Source: a virus
Taxonomy: Duplodnaviria; Caudoviricetes
Direction: 5' to 3' (one strand)
IMG/VR virus record: IMGVR_UViG_3300017791_000207
Coordinates: 1-64,000 of that record
Length of the DNA stretch: 64,000 nucleotides
The position numbers and the translations under genes were made by a program. Positions 63,997 to 64,000 of the stretch are shown piece after piece; the stretch's first letter is position 1, and every line of letters starts with the position of its first letter. A model generated the notes under the pieces. That model was given only the letters and a program-made list of their open reading frames with translations. It was not told where the DNA came from and did no database searches.

Positions 63997-64000
63997 TTTA

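Noticed and set aside
1-64000. Stop-codon reassignment as in some crAss-like phages
   Set aside because: Long ORFs are intact in the standard code, and TGA, TAG and TAA all end genes at sensible positions, including ATGA overlaps.
1-64000. tRNA, rRNA, integrase or att sites
   Set aside because: No cloverleaf or T-loop signature in the intergenic gaps and no recombinase catalytic domain seen by eye; the helicase repeats are not an integrase. A tRNAscan run would be decisive.

Overview
A 64-kb segment of an AT-rich lytic dsDNA phage, most likely crAss-like (Crassvirales-related), infecting a Bacteroidota host. Host evidence is recurrent TAnnTTTG -7 promoter boxes and signal peptides cleaved before Gln. 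A + strand virion module (1-14.5 kb: large internal-virion-like proteins, two glycosyltransferases, Thr-rich and tail-fibre-like proteins, a spanin-like gene) converges on a bidirectional terminator with a - strand replication, nucleotide-metabolism and early module. That module encodes PhoH, ThyX, MazG, a C5 methyltransferase, RecA, class II RNR, exonucleases, PrimPol, SSB, two SF2 helicases, a DnaB-like helicase and family B DNA polymerase. Highlights: (1) a diversity-generating retroelement with RT, a 75-nt TR and an adjacent VR differing only at TR adenines (17/17), no recognisable Avd, an in-frame TGA inside TR, and a second diverged VR-bearing paralogue 15 kb away; (2) a viperin-like radical SAM gene overlapping the DNA polymerase start, just downstream of a TerD-HAD-PRTase-TerC mini-operon; (3) a 190-nt ORF-less group I intron splitting the catalytic Cys codon of the RNR; (4) two lines of evidence for glycosylated virion proteins; (5) structured kissing-loop or pseudoknot leaders on free-standing endonucleases. 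No tRNA, rRNA, CRISPR array, integrase, capsid or terminase gene was seen. All protein assignments come from motifs recognised by eye, not from database searches.
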